From positions 303,490 through 367,489 of the forward strand of contig CAWHRC010000004.1 in NCBI GenBank assembly GCA_963831755.1: a stretch of 64,000 nt of DNA, read 5' to 3'. The position numbers and the translations under genes were made by a program. Positions 1 through 9,801 of this stretch are shown one piece after another. The notes below the pieces were generated by a model. That model was not told where the DNA came from, did no database searches, and saw nothing but the letters and a program-made list of their open reading frames with translations. The DNA comes from an uncultured Acidobacteriota bacterium (GTDB taxonomy: Bacteria; Acidobacteriota; Vicinamibacteria; Fen-336). Numbering within the stretch: the stretch's first letter is position 1; the number at the start of each line of letters is the position of its first letter.

Positions 1-563
1 GCGCGAACGAGCCGACGGTGGTCGAAGAGGAGAGCTTCCGCGCCATCATGAATCTGCCGGGACGGCCCTTCTCCGACTGGGAGGAGGAGGAGCGCTTCCC
101 GGTGGAGGACTGGGCCCAGGAGCCGTTCCTCAGCTCGGACGAGCTGGAGGCTCTCAAGATCCGCAAGGGCAGCCTGACTGCCAGAGAGTTCCGTGAGATC
201 CAGCAGCACGTCACCCATACCTACGAGTTCCTGAAGAAGATCCCGTGGCTGAGCGAGTTCCGGCGGATTCCCGATATCGCCCACGCGCACCACGAAAAGC
301 TCGACGGCTCGGGCTACCCGCGCCGGCTCAAGGCGCCCGACATCCCGGTGGAGTCCCGGATGATGACGATCGCCGACATCTACGACGCGCTCGTGGCGTG
401 GGACCGACCCTACAAGAAGTCCGTCTCGGTCGACGAGGCGCTCGAGATCCTGGAGGGTGATGCCCGCGCCGGGAGGCTGGACTCGGATCTCCTGCGGGTG
501 TTCATCGAGGCGAAGATCTTCGACCTGGCGGCGTTCAAGGCGCTGCTGCGGCCGAAGGGCTAG
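1..563 (+). CDS. HD-GYP domain phosphohydrolase, C-terminal part (5' end lies before the window)
   Basis: Translation contains HHEKLDGSGYP, the HD-GYP signature. The ORF runs to a stop at 563. Confidence 0.8.
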   Translation, partial: ANEPTVVEEESFRAIMNLPGRPFSDWEEEERFPVEDWAQEPFLSSDELEALKIRKGSLTAREFREIQQHVTHTYEFLKKIPWLSEFRRIPDIAHAHHEKLDGSGYPRRLKAPDIPVESRMMTIADIYDALVAWDRPYKKSVSVDEALEILEGDARAGRLDSDLLRVFIEAKIFDLAAFKALLRPKG

Positions 564-568
564 CGCGG

Positions 569-1330
569 GTGAGCCCCCGCCCGCTCGTCATCGCCCATCG
601 GGGCGACTCCGCCCATCGGCCCGAGAACACGCTGGCCGCCTTCGCCGGGGCCCTGGAGGTCGGCGCCACGATCGTGGAGCTCGACGTCCAGCTCACCGCC
701 GACGGCGAGGTGATCGTGCTGCACGACGCCACGCTCGACCGCACGACCGACGGCCGCGGCGACGTGCGCCGGCTGGGCCTGGCCGAGGTGCGCGCCGTGT
801 CCGCCGGCTACCCCGCGCAGTTCGGCCGCTCCTGGGCCGGCGAGCGCGTGCCCACCCTGGCCGAGGCGCTGGGCCTGCTGCGCGGGCGCGCGCGCGTGAT
901 GATCGAGGTGAAGAGCGAGTCCGTCACGGACGAGCTGGACGGCGGGATCGAGGCGCGCACGGCCGACATCGTGCGGCGGCTCGGCATGGCCGATCGCGTG
1001 GCGATCATCTCGTTCGACCCGCGCGCGCTCGTGCACCTGCGCCGGCTGGCGCCGGAGATCACTCGCGGCCAGCTCTTCGGCCGCACCACGCCGGAGGAGG
1101 CCGTGCGCGCCGCGCTGGACACCGGCTGCGGCATCCTGATGCCGCACAAGAGCCAGCTGAGCGACGCCTTCGCGGCGCGGGCGCAGGCCGAGGCGCTCAA
1201 GCTCGCGACCTGGGTCGTCGACGAGCCTGCCGAGCTGAAGCGGATCGCTCGCTTCGGCCTCTACGGCGTCGGCTCCAACCGGCCGGGCGTGCTGCTCGAC
1301 GCGATCGCGGACGGGCTGCTGGACGACTAG
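569..1330 (+). CDS. Glycerophosphodiester phosphodiesterase (GDPD family)
   Basis: N-terminal [15 protein letters not shown] motif and the overall GDPD fold signature. 253 aa. Starts 6 nt after the upstream stop. Confidence 0.85.
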   Translation: MSPRPLVIAHRGDSAHRPENTLAAFAGALEVGATIVELDVQLTADGEVIVLHDATLDRTTDGRGDVRRLGLAEVRAVSAGYPAQFGRSWAGERVPTLAEALGLLRGRARVMIEVKSESVTDELDGGIEARTADIVRRLGMADRVAIISFDPRALVHLRRLAPEITRGQLFGRTTPEEAVRAALDTGCGILMPHKSQLSDAFAARAQAEALKLATWVVDEPAELKRIARFGLYGVGSNRPGVLLDAIADGLLDD

Positions 1331-2328
1331 AGAGGGTCGCTGGAGAGCGCCCGCCGCGCCCCCGCCGCGGCGAAGCGCGCGTAGGCGGCCTCGGCCGCGT
1401 CGCTGAAGTCGGCGACGCCGGGCACCACCACCGGCGAGGCGCAGTCGTCGAGCAGCACGATCCTCCGCACCAGCCGCGGGTCGCGCGCGGCGGCCTCCGC
1501 GATCAGGTCCTCCACCGTCCAGGCCACGCAGTGGCTCTTCGCCTCGCCGGCCACGATCACCGTGTCGAACGAGAGCAGGTGCTCGACGAGCGCGCGGTTC
1601 GCGGGCGCGATCGGCCGGCCCTGCGCGTCCTCGCCCACCTCGGGCCGCAGCGCCGAGTAGTTCTCCGTGAGGGCGTGGCGGCCCTTGATTTCGAGCCGTG
1701 CAGGCGACTGGCGGGCGATCGAGTGGAAGAACACGGCCTCCTCGACCGCCGAGACCATGGCGTGACCGATGCCGCCCAGCAGCGCGTGGTACGGCCAGAC
1801 GACGAGCGGGTACTTGCCGCCCTGCGCCAGCCGGCGCGTGTAGTGGCGCGCCCAGCCGCCCGGGTCGAACCCCTCGTGGGGAGCGACGGCGGCGGCGATC
1901 TGCGGGTTGACCCGCCAGCGGCCGGACTCGACGTCCGCGGCGCTGATCACCGTGTGCGGCGCGGGATGCTCGCCGGCCGCGTCCACCCAGAACAGGGGGT
2001 GGAAGATCTGCGCGGCCCCGTGCGTGTCGAGCGTGGCCACGACCTGCGTGACGTGGTCGAGGTTGCGGTAGAGAAACGACGTGATGCGCCCGCAGTCCTC
2101 CACGGCCCCGCGCCCCGAGCGGCCGGCGACGAAGAGCTCGAACTCGGGGAGGCAGAAGGTGTTCTGCACGTCCACCAGCAGCAGCGCCGTGCGCCGCCGG
2201 TCCTCGGCCGCCGGGCGCACGCCGTGCGTAGACGCCCACGCCCGGGCCTGCGCCGCGCGCTCCTCGTAGGGCACGCGGAAGACGCGTTCCGACGCCCCCG
2301 GCTCGACGAAAGGCGGCAGAGGCAGCAC
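1327..2328 (-). CDS. Isochorismatase-family (cysteine hydrolase-like) protein, long form
   Basis: [11 protein letters not shown] motif near the N-terminus is typical of the isochorismatase/nicotinamidase family. 333 aa. Lies downstream of the DUF1015 gene on the same strand. Confidence 0.55.
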   Translation of the reverse strand: MLPLPPFVEPGASERVFRVPYEERAAQARAWASTHGVRPAAEDRRRTALLLVDVQNTFCLPEFELFVAGRSGRGAVEDCGRITSFLYRNLDHVTQVVATLDTHGAAQIFHPLFWVDAAGEHPAPHTVISAADVESGRWRVNPQIAAAVAPHEGFDPGGWARHYTRRLAQGGKYPLVVWPYHALLGGIGHAMVSAVEEAVFFHSIARQSPARLEIKGRHALTENYSALRPEVGEDAQGRPIAPANRALVEHLLSFDTVIVAGEAKSHCVAWTVEDLIAEAAARDPRLVRRIVLLDDCASPVVVPGVADFSDAAEAAYARFAAAGARRALSSDPL

Positions 2329-2347
2329 GTCCCTACTCTAGCCCGCC

Positions 2348-3571
2348 TCAGACGAGCAGCGGATGGATGACGAGGCCCGAAGGCAGCTTCGGGTGGAAGA
2401 ACGTGCTCTTGGCCGGCATCGACTCGCCCGCCTCGGCCACGTCGACGATCTGCCGGACCGGCGTCGCGCGCATCAGCACGACGAGCCGGCAGCTGCCGGC
2501 CGAGAGCGCCTGCTCGGCCTCGGCCTGCGAGTGCACGTAGCTGACCGCCGAGTCGGGCACTCCGAGCACGGCGCCCAGCACGGCGTGGTGCAGGAAGTAG
2601 GTGTCGAGCGCGCGCAGGCTCTTCGGCACGTCGGCCGGCAGCATCGCCTCCGCGCCCGGCTCGGCCTCGACCAGGATCGCGCCCCTGCCGGGCTCCGCCA
2701 GCGCGAACGCGTAGGGCGCCCGGGAGGCGTTGGCCGAGGCCGCGGCCGTCTCCACGTTCTCGCGGCGCGACACGCGGAAGCGCCCGTGCAGCTTCTCCGC
2801 CGCCTCTTCGAGCGTCGGGCCCTCCGACAGGACGCGGTGGTACGGCAGGACAAGCAGGCCCGCTGCGTCGATCGGCGTGAAGTACCCGAGCGTCCACGCC
2901 CCCTCGGGGCCGTTCGCGTCGCGGTAGCGCAGCGCCGTGGCGTGCCGGTGGTGGCCGTCGGCGATGTAGGACGTGACGCCGGCGAGCAGCGACTGGAAGG
3001 CTTCGATCGCCGCCGCCTCGCTGACGCGCCACAGGCGGTGGCCGACCTGGCCGTCGTCGGTGAACTGCGCCACAGGCACGGGAGCGATCGCGTCGGCCAC
3101 CAGCGAGTCGAAGCGCGCCCCGGGATCGGGGAACATGAGGAAGATCGAACTGAAGTTGGCGCGGGTGGCGTTCAGCAGCCGCCAGCGGTCTTCCTTCGCG
3201 GCGGCGCGCGTGTGCTCGTGCGGGAGGATGATCCGCTTCCCCGGGTCCTCCGCGCGGAAGCGCGCCAGGAGCCCGTAGCGGCGCTGCGGGTGCCCGCCTT
3301 CCGAGAACGCCTGCTCGAGCAGGTAGAGGGCGTCCGCGTCGTCCGGCTGGAGCACTTCCTCGCGCAGCCAGGACGCATAGGTCTCGCCGGCCTCGGTGTA
3401 GCCGGCGTCCCCGGGCGTGCGGTTCAGCACCAGGCGCACGACGTTGTGCGGGTCGCGCGCGTACAGCTCGTCCCGGTAACCGGGGGTGATCACGTCGTAT
3501 GGCGGGGCGAGGACGCGAGCCAGGTCGCGGGATCGGTAGCGGACGCCACGGAAGGGGAGAATCTCGGCCAA
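2348..3571 (-). CDS. DUF1015 family protein
   Basis: MAEILPFRGVRY N-terminus and the ADGHHR motif are characteristic of DUF1015. TTG start. An AAGGAGAGG RBS sits upstream on the minus strand. Confidence 0.7.
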   Translation of the reverse strand: MAEILPFRGVRYRSRDLARVLAPPYDVITPGYRDELYARDPHNVVRLVLNRTPGDAGYTEAGETYASWLREEVLQPDDADALYLLEQAFSEGGHPQRRYGLLARFRAEDPGKRIILPHEHTRAAAKEDRWRLLNATRANFSSIFLMFPDPGARFDSLVADAIAPVPVAQFTDDGQVGHRLWRVSEAAAIEAFQSLLAGVTSYIADGHHRHATALRYRDANGPEGAWTLGYFTPIDAAGLLVLPYHRVLSEGPTLEEAAEKLHGRFRVSRRENVETAAASANASRAPYAFALAEPGRGAILVEAEPGAEAMLPADVPKSLRALDTYFLHHAVLGAVLGVPDSAVSYVHSQAEAEQALSAGSCRLVVLMRATPVRQIVDVAEAGESMPAKSTFFHPKLPSGLVIHPLLV

Positions 3572-3593
3572 TGCCTCTCCTTAATTGGGGGCC

Positions 3594-3599
3594 TATAAT
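3594..3599 (+). promoter_or_regulatory. Candidate -10 box (TATAAT) in a locally AT-richer divergent promoter region
   Basis: Perfect TATAAT about 22 nt upstream of the ATG at 3622, with an AAGGAG RBS at 3610-3615. No convincing -35 was found. Confidence 0.3.
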
Positions 3600-3621
3600 C
3601 CCACAATGTAAGGAGTCGCCA

Positions 3622-4557
3622 ATGCCCCTCGACCGCCGGAGCTTTCTCGCCACGCTCGGGGCCGGAGTCGCCGCCCCCGCGATCCTGCGTGCCCAGTCGC
3701 CGAAGAGGCGCTACCCGATCGCGTTCTCGACCCTGGGCTGCCCCGGCTGGAGCTGGAAGGAGGTGCTCGAGCAGGCCGATCGCCTTGGCTACGCCGCGCT
3801 CGAGCTGCGCGGCGTCGCGGGCGAGATGGACCTCACGAAGGTCCCCGAGCTGACCGGCACCCAGCGCGCCGGTACGAAGAAAGACCTGGCCGCGCTTGGG
3901 CTCGTGATCTCCGACCTCGGCGCCTCCGCCCACATGCACGAGAAGGACCCCGCCGCCCGCGAGAAGCAGCTCGACGAGGGACGGCGCTTCATCGACCTGG
4001 CGCAGGCGCTGGGCGTGAAGTACGTGCGCGTGTTCGGCGACAAGATCCCCGAGGGCGAGTCGCGCGACGAGGTGCTAAAGCGCGTGGAGGACGGCTGCCA
4101 CTCCTTGTCCAACTACGCGAGGCCGGCGGGCGTGACCGTGCTGATCGAGTCCCACGGCGACTTCACTCACTCGAAGGACCTGCTGGAGATCCTGACCCGG
4201 GTCGACTCGCCGCACTTCGCGCTGCTGTGGGACGCCCACCACTCGTTCGTGGCCGGCGGAGAGCAGCCGGCCGACACCTACGCCAAGCTCGGGAAGTGGA
4301 TCCGCCACACCCACCTCAAGGACTCGAAGGCGACCGGCCCGAAGCCGGAGGACCGCCGCTACGTGCTGCTCGGCACGGGCGAGGTCCCGGTGAAGGAGCA
4401 GGTCCGGGTGCTGGCCGGCGCGGGCTACAAGGGCTACTACTGCTTCGAGTGGGAGAAGAAGTGGCACCCCGAGATCGAGGAGCCGGAGGTCGCGTTCCCG
4501 CAGTACGCGAAGGTGATGGGCGAGTACCTCGCAGCCGCCGGGGTCAAGCCGGCGTAG
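3622..4557 (+). CDS. Sugar phosphate isomerase/epimerase (xylose-isomerase-like TIM barrel) with Tat signal peptide
   Basis: N-terminus MPLDRRSFLATLGAGVAAPAILRA is a twin-arginine signal. The body matches the AP-endonuclease-2/xylose-isomerase-like TIM barrel family. Strong RBS. Confidence 0.75.
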   Translation: MPLDRRSFLATLGAGVAAPAILRAQSPKRRYPIAFSTLGCPGWSWKEVLEQADRLGYAALELRGVAGEMDLTKVPELTGTQRAGTKKDLAALGLVISDLGASAHMHEKDPAAREKQLDEGRRFIDLAQALGVKYVRVFGDKIPEGESRDEVLKRVEDGCHSLSNYARPAGVTVLIESHGDFTHSKDLLEILTRVDSPHFALLWDAHHSFVAGGEQPADTYAKLGKWIRHTHLKDSKATGPKPEDRRYVLLGTGEVPVKEQVRVLAGAGYKGYYCFEWEKKWHPEIEEPEVAFPQYAKVMGEYLAAAGVKPA

Positions 4558-4596
4558 CACAGCGCTGGCCGCGCGCGGCCGAGCAGGAGGAATCGA

Positions 4597-5568
4597 ATGG
4601 CGAACGACAGCAAGCACTCCCGTCGTGAGTTCCTGGAGAAGGGCTCGCTGGCCGTCGGCGCCGTGGCGGCGCTGCCCGCGCTGCCGCTGAAGGACGCCGC
4701 ACCCGCGGCCGGGACGCTGCCGCACCGCACGCTCGGCCGCACGGGGGCGTCCGTGTCGATCCTCGCCATGGGCTGCGGCAGCCGCTTCCTGATGTACCCG
4801 GCCGACCAGGCCTCGGCCGTGGTCGACAAGGCGATCGCCCTCGGCATCAACTACCTCGACACCGCGATCGAGTACGGCAACGGCGAGAGCGAGACGCGGC
4901 TCGGAGGCTGGCTGGCCACGCGCCGCAAGGAGGTGTTCCTGGCCACGAAGGTGCCCGCCCGCTCGCGCACGCGCGACGCCGCGCTCAAGGAGGTGGAGGC
5001 CAGCCTCAAGCGGCTGCAGACGGACCACGTCGACCTGCTGCACGTGCACAGCGTCGGCAAGGACGACGACCTCGAGCGGATCGAGGCGAAGGACGGCGTG
5101 CTCAAGGCGCTCTACGAGCTGCGCGAGCAGAAGGTGGCGCGCTTTATCGGCATGACCAGTCACACGGACGGCGCGGTGATGGCGAAGGCGATCGCCAGGA
5201 ACGACATCGACTGCGTGCAGATGGCCATGAACCCGGCTCGCGCGAACCGCTTCGAGGAGCTGGCGCTGCCGGCGGCGAAGAAGAAGAACCTCGGCCTGCT
5301 GCTGATGAAGGTGACCGCCCAGGAGAAGCTGCTCGGCGCCGGCGGGGCCGAGCCCGCGTCTCTCCTGCGCTACGCCTGGAGCCTGCCCGTCTCCGCCGTC
5401 GTGTGCGGGATGCCGAAGCTAGAGCACATCGAGGCCAACGTCGCCAGCGCCCGCGCTTTCGCGCCCATGCCGGCGGCCGAGATGGACCAGCTGCGCGCCG
5501 AGCTCGCGGGCCGGCAGGGAGCGCTCGAGCTGTTCTTCGCCGACCACCACGACGGGCATCCGGCGTAG
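4597..5568 (+). CDS. Aldo/keto reductase with Tat signal peptide
   Basis: SRREFLEKGSLAVGAVAAL Tat motif, followed by the AKR signature (GINYLDTAIEYGNGESE, LHVHSV). Confidence 0.85.
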   Translation: MANDSKHSRREFLEKGSLAVGAVAALPALPLKDAAPAAGTLPHRTLGRTGASVSILAMGCGSRFLMYPADQASAVVDKAIALGINYLDTAIEYGNGESETRLGGWLATRRKEVFLATKVPARSRTRDAALKEVEASLKRLQTDHVDLLHVHSVGKDDDLERIEAKDGVLKALYELREQKVARFIGMTSHTDGAVMAKAIARNDIDCVQMAMNPARANRFEELALPAAKKKNLGLLLMKVTAQEKLLGAGGAEPASLLRYAWSLPVSAVVCGMPKLEHIEANVASARAFAPMPAAEMDQLRAELAGRQGALELFFADHHDGHPA

Positions 5569-5590
5569 AAGGGCGCCACGCGCAGCTAGA

Positions 5591-6961
5591 TTAGCGTCGG
5601 CCGCGTCCCGGGAGGCCGCCTCCCCTGCCGCGGCCTGTCGAGCGCCGGCCGGCCGGCCGGCCGGCCCGGCCGACGAACGCGAGCGTCAGCGCCAGGATCC
5701 CGAGCGCGACCTGCCACGGCGCCAGCCAGACGCCGTTCACCGCGCCGCGCCACCAGGTGGCGGCCCCTATCGCCACGAGCGCCGCCAGCGGCGCGAGCGC
5801 GAGGAGCACCGCCCAGAAGCGGCGTGTGAACGGCAGCAGCAGGTTCGGCACGAGAAACACCCAGAGCGCCGGCACGGGGTGGCCCCACAGCAGCACGCCA
5901 AAACCCGCCACTTGCAGCAGTCGCGCCGCGAACGGCAGCGCTCCCCCGCCGTAGGACGCCCACAGGCCCGGCAGCACGCTGAGAGCGCCCATGCCGAGCA
6001 GCCAGGGCCAGTCGACGACGCCGCCGAAGACGGCGAACCAGTGCGGCTCCTCGGCCGCGCCCGGCGGCAGGCGGTCGAGCGCACGGACGACGCCGAGCGC
6101 CCCCCGGGCCATGCGCGCGAGCGCGTCCGGGTCGAGCCGGTCGGCGAGGTCTGTCGGCTTGTGGTAGTCGGGGTAGAAGGCCGAGAACGACGAGTCGGAG
6201 GCGAACAGCGCCGGCCGGCCGGCCTGCAGGAAGGAGACGTCGTCGCCGTAGAGGCGGACGCGGAACGCGCGCACCGCCGGCTGGTAGAGCCAGGAGAGGT
6301 ACGGATCGCCCAGTGCGAGCGGCGCGCCAGCCGCTCGCGAGCCCGACAAGGCCGCGCGCACCAGCCAGCCGGGCGCCACCACCGTCCCGCCGGGGGTGCG
6401 CGGGTCCGCGTAGGCGATCGGCTGCAGCGCGGGCGTGCCGCCCTTCCAGCCGCACATCTCGATCACGAAGGCCGCCACCAGCGAGCGGGCGCGCGGGCCG
6501 AGCCGCTCGAGGAACGCGCGCGAGCCCGCGGTCGTGCCCTTGCCGGTCGCCCAGGCTTCTTCCCCGTCGAAGGACACGAGCACGATGCTGCGCGTGCGCG
6601 AGGGCTCGGCGGCCAGCACCCGGGCGAGCTCCAGCAGCACGCCGACGCCGCCCGCGTCGTCGTAGGCGCCCGGCGCGCCCGGGGCCGTGTCGTGGTGGGC
6701 CCCGACCAGCAGCAGCTCCTCGCCCGGCCCGCGCAGCGTGCCGACGACGTTCGTGCCCTGGATCCCGTGCCGCTCGAAGCGCTGCAGCTCGACCTCGGCG
6801 AGCCCCGCCGCGCGCATCTGGGCGGCCACGTACTGCGCGGCCGCCTCGTTGCGCGTCGATCCCCAGGGGTGCGGGCCGAGGGCGGCCAGGGCCGAGGCGT
6901 GCCTCAGCGCGGCGCCTCCGTCGATCGAGGCGGCGAGCAGCAGGCCGAGCAGGGGCGACAT
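5591..6961 (-). CDS. M28 family peptidase with C-terminal hydrophobic (membrane) region
   Basis: Start MSPLLGLLLA (ATG at 6961). M28 motifs HHDTAPGAPGAYDDAGG and SFDGEE. The C-terminal third is strongly hydrophobic. The upstream in-frame extension to 7234 looks non-coding. Confidence 0.75.
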   Translation of the reverse strand: MSPLLGLLLAASIDGGAALRHASALAALGPHPWGSTRNEAAAQYVAAQMRAAGLAEVELQRFERHGIQGTNVVGTLRGPGEELLLVGAHHDTAPGAPGAYDDAGGVGVLLELARVLAAEPSRTRSIVLVSFDGEEAWATGKGTTAGSRAFLERLGPRARSLVAAFVIEMCGWKGGTPALQPIAYADPRTPGGTVVAPGWLVRAALSGSRAAGAPLALGDPYLSWLYQPAVRAFRVRLYGDDVSFLQAGRPALFASDSSFSAFYPDYHKPTDLADRLDPDALARMARGALGVVRALDRLPPGAAEEPHWFAVFGGVVDWPWLLGMGALSVLPGLWASYGGGALPFAARLLQVAGFGVLLWGHPVPALWVFLVPNLLLPFTRRFWAVLLALAPLAALVAIGAATWWRGAVNGVWLAPWQVALGILALTLAFVGRAGRPAGRRSTGRGRGGGLPGRGRR

Positions 6962-7040
6962 TGCGCCCGGATTATAGGGCGCGTTGGCGGCCGGCGACCG
7001 GCTTGCTAGACTCGCTCCTTCCGAAACAGGAGGAGTGACG

Positions 7041-7694
7041 ATGCGCTCGGCGAGCCTGGCCGTGCTGCTGCTGGCCGTGCCCCTGGCGGCGGGCGCCGCG
7101 ACGCTGCGCGGACGCGTGCAGCTCGCGGACAAGGGCGGCCGGGCGGCGGCCGACGTCCAGGACGCCGTCGTCTGGGTCGAGGGACCGAAGCTGAAGCCAC
7201 GGCCCGCGTCGGCGACGATCACCATGAAGGGCAAGTCGTTCGCGCCCCGCGTGGTGGTGGTGCCGGTCGGCGGGTCGGTCGAGTTCCCGAACGCGGACTC
7301 CGTCTACCACAACGTCTTCTCCGCCTCGGGCGAGAACCACTTCGACCTCGACCTGTACAAGAGGCCGAAGAGCCGCGCGCAGACCTTCCTTCACCCCGGC
7401 CTGGTGAGGGTCTACTGCAACATCCACCCGCAGATGAGCGCGTTCGTGATCGTGCGCGACAACCCGTTCTGGGCCCGCGTCGCCGCCGATGGGACGTTCT
7501 CGATCGAGGGCGTCCCGGCCGGGACCTGGACCGTCAAGGCGTGGCACGAGCGGGCCGGCGAGGCCACGCAGGGCGTGACGATCGCCGGGGAGGGCACGCA
7601 GGAGATCGTGATCCCGCTCGACGCCTCGCGCTTCAGGCGGGCGCCGCACAAGAACAAGTTCGGCAGGGACTACGACGCGGGCGCGGCGTACTGA
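7041..7694 (+). CDS. Secreted cupredoxin-like / CarboxypepD_reg-like two-domain protein
   Basis: Signal peptide MRSASLAVLLLAVPLAAGA, AGGAG RBS. A cupredoxin-like block (VEFPNADSVYHNVFS...VYCNIHPQM) followed by a carboxypeptidase-regulatory-like beta-sandwich (DGTFSIEGVPAGTWTVKAWHERAG). 10 nt upstream of the kinase gene. Confidence 0.6.
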   Translation: MRSASLAVLLLAVPLAAGAATLRGRVQLADKGGRAAADVQDAVVWVEGPKLKPRPASATITMKGKSFAPRVVVVPVGGSVEFPNADSVYHNVFSASGENHFDLDLYKRPKSRAQTFLHPGLVRVYCNIHPQMSAFVIVRDNPFWARVAADGTFSIEGVPAGTWTVKAWHERAGEATQGVTIAGEGTQEIVIPLDASRFRRAPHKNKFGRDYDAGAAY

Positions 7695-7704
7695 CGGGGA
7701 CGCC

Positions 7705-9747
7705 ATGCGGCTGACGCAAAGGATTCTGCTGTTCACGGGCGCGCTGGTGGTGGCGCTCGTGGCCGCGACACTCGCCTTCACGACCGTGCAGGCGGACCGG
7801 CTGGCGCGCACGACCATCCGCCAGGGCCTCGACGAGACGCGCGGCGTCTGGCAGGCGCTGCTGGCCGACCGCTTCAACAAGCTGCGCCTGGGCGTGCGGG
7901 TGCTCGCCAACGACCCGCCGTTCAAGGCGGCGCTGGTCGAGACCGACCAGCCGACCGCGTTCGACACCATGCGCGAGCGCGGCCGCGACCTGGCGGCCGA
8001 CTTCATGCTGGCGACGGACGCCTCGGGGCGGCTGGTCGCGCGCACCGACAGGACGGGCGCCTCGGGCGACGACCTGTCCGCCGACCCGGTCGTACGCCGG
8101 GCGCTCGAGGGCGAGGAGTCGGCCACGCTGTGGCGGCAGGGCGGGCGGCTGTTCACCGCCGTCGCGGTGCCGATGACGATCGGGCCCGAGCTGGTCGGCA
8201 CCCTGGTGGCCGGCTACGGGCTCGACGAGGCCACCGCCTCCCAGGTCCGCAAGCTCACGCACAGCGAGATCGCCTTCGTCGTCCAGCCGCCCGGGCAGCC
8301 CGCTCGCCTGGCCGCGTCCTCGCTCGGCCCGCGCGAGGCGGACCTTCAGGCGGCGCTGGCCCGCCCGGACCTCGGCGGCCGGGGCAACGACCCGTTCGAG
8401 GTCGAGCTCGGCGGCGAGCGGTACCTCGGCGTGCGCATCCCGCTCGAGACGGTCTCCGGCGAAGAGGTGGGGGCGGCGCTCGCGCTGCGCAGCGTCGCCG
8501 CGGAGACGGCGGTCTTCCGCCGGTTCCGCGACAGCCTCGTGCTCGTGTCGCTGGGCGTGATGGTCGTGGCGCTGCTGATCGCCTGGGCCTCGGCTTCGCG
8601 CATCACGGGCCCGCTGCGCACGCTGGTCGGCCTCGTCGAGAAGGTGCGCGACGGCTCGTACTCCGGCGCGGTCGCCGTGCAGGGCCAGGACGAGATCGGC
8701 GTCCTGGCCCGGGCCTTCAACGCGCTGGTCGCGGACCTGCGCGAGAAGGACCAGATGATCTCGTTCCTGCGCGACGGCATGCCCGCCATGCGCCGGGCCG
8801 CCGACACGGGCTCCGCCCCCACCATCTCCACGCTCGCGACGGGCGCCACCATGCCGAACGAGGCGCCGGGGCTCACCCGGGCGGCCGCCGGCGCGCTCGT
8901 CCGCGGCCAAGTGTTCGCCGGCCGCTACGAGATCCTCGGCACTCTCGGCAGGGGCGGCATGGGCGTCGTCTACCGCGCGCAGGACCGCCAGCTGGACGAG
9001 GTCGTGGCCCTGAAGCTCCTGCGCCCCGAGGCGCTGGCCGGCGACCCCTCGCTGCTCGAGCGCTTCAAGCAGGAGATCAAGCTCGCGCGCCGGATCACCC
9101 ACAGGAACGTCCTGCGCACGCACGACTTCGGCGAGGCGAACGGGGTCCCGTACATCTCGATGGAGTACCTCGAGGGGGTCACCCTGAAGGACCTCGTCGC
9201 GAGCCGCGGCGCGCTGCCGCTCGGGGTCGGGCTCTCGATCGCCAAGCAGATGTGCCACGGGCTCGCCGCCGCGCACGAGATGGGGGTGGTGCACCGCGAC
9301 GTCAAGCCGCAGAACATGATGCTGCTGCCGGAGACCGGCGACCTCAAGATCATGGACTTCGGCATCGCGCGCGTGTCCTCCGTGGGCCGCGAGGCGGCGG
9401 GTCTCACCAGCGCCGGCACCGTGATGGGCACGCCGGACTACATGCCCCCAGAGCAGGCGCAGGGCCGGCCCGCGGACTTCCGCTGCGACCTCTACTCGCT
9501 CGCGGTCGTGCTGTTCGAGATGTTCACCGGCTCGCTGCCGTTCTCCGGCGAGTCGCCCGTCGCGATCGTGATGGCCCACGTGCAGCAGGCGCCGCCCACG
9601 CTGCGCAGCGTCAACCCGCGCCTCCCCGCGGAGCTCGACGCGGTGGTCCTGCGCGGGCTCGAGAAGGACCCCGGCCGTCGCTGGCAGAGCACCGCCGAGC
9701 TGCTCGGCGCGCTCAGCGCGATCTCGGAGAGGACCGAGGCTGCCTAG
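7705..9747 (+). CDS. Membrane sensor Ser/Thr protein kinase (periplasmic sensor - TM - HAMP - Pkinase)
   Basis: TM1 at aa 7-27, a periplasmic region of about 255 aa, TM2 (LVLVSLGVMVVALLIAW), and a HAMP-like segment (ITGPLRTLVGLVEKVRDGSYSG...EIGVLARAFNALVADL). Hanks kinase motifs follow: GRGGMGVVYRA, VALK, HRDVKPQN, DFG, GTPDYMPPE. Confidence 0.85.
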   Translation: MRLTQRILLFTGALVVALVAATLAFTTVQADRLARTTIRQGLDETRGVWQALLADRFNKLRLGVRVLANDPPFKAALVETDQPTAFDTMRERGRDLAADFMLATDASGRLVARTDRTGASGDDLSADPVVRRALEGEESATLWRQGGRLFTAVAVPMTIGPELVGTLVAGYGLDEATASQVRKLTHSEIAFVVQPPGQPARLAASSLGPREADLQAALARPDLGGRGNDPFEVELGGERYLGVRIPLETVSGEEVGAALALRSVAAETAVFRRFRDSLVLVSLGVMVVALLIAWASASRITGPLRTLVGLVEKVRDGSYSGAVAVQGQDEIGVLARAFNALVADLREKDQMISFLRDGMPAMRRAADTGSAPTISTLATGATMPNEAPGLTRAAAGALVRGQVFAGRYEILGTLGRGGMGVVYRAQDRQLDEVVALKLLRPEALAGDPSLLERFKQEIKLARRITHRNVLRTHDFGEANGVPYISMEYLEGVTLKDLVASRGALPLGVGLSIAKQMCHGLAAAHEMGVVHRDVKPQNMMLLPETGDLKIMDFGIARVSSVGREAAGLTSAGTVMGTPDYMPPEQAQGRPADFRCDLYSLAVVLFEMFTGSLPFSGESPVAIVMAHVQQAPPTLRSVNPRLPAELDAVVLRGLEKDPGRRWQSTAELLGALSAISERTEAA

Positions 9748-9801
9748 CCGCGAGCTATCATCCGGAGTGATGCACCGCTCACGCCGAACGGCCGTGCTGC
9801 G

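Noticed and set aside
457-2370. 637-aa plus-strand ORF and the overlapping 559-aa minus-strand ORF (560-2239)
   Set aside because: Arg/Ala/Gly/Pro-rich low-complexity translations that overlap the well-supported GDPD and isochorismatase-like genes. These are typical GC-rich antisense artefacts.
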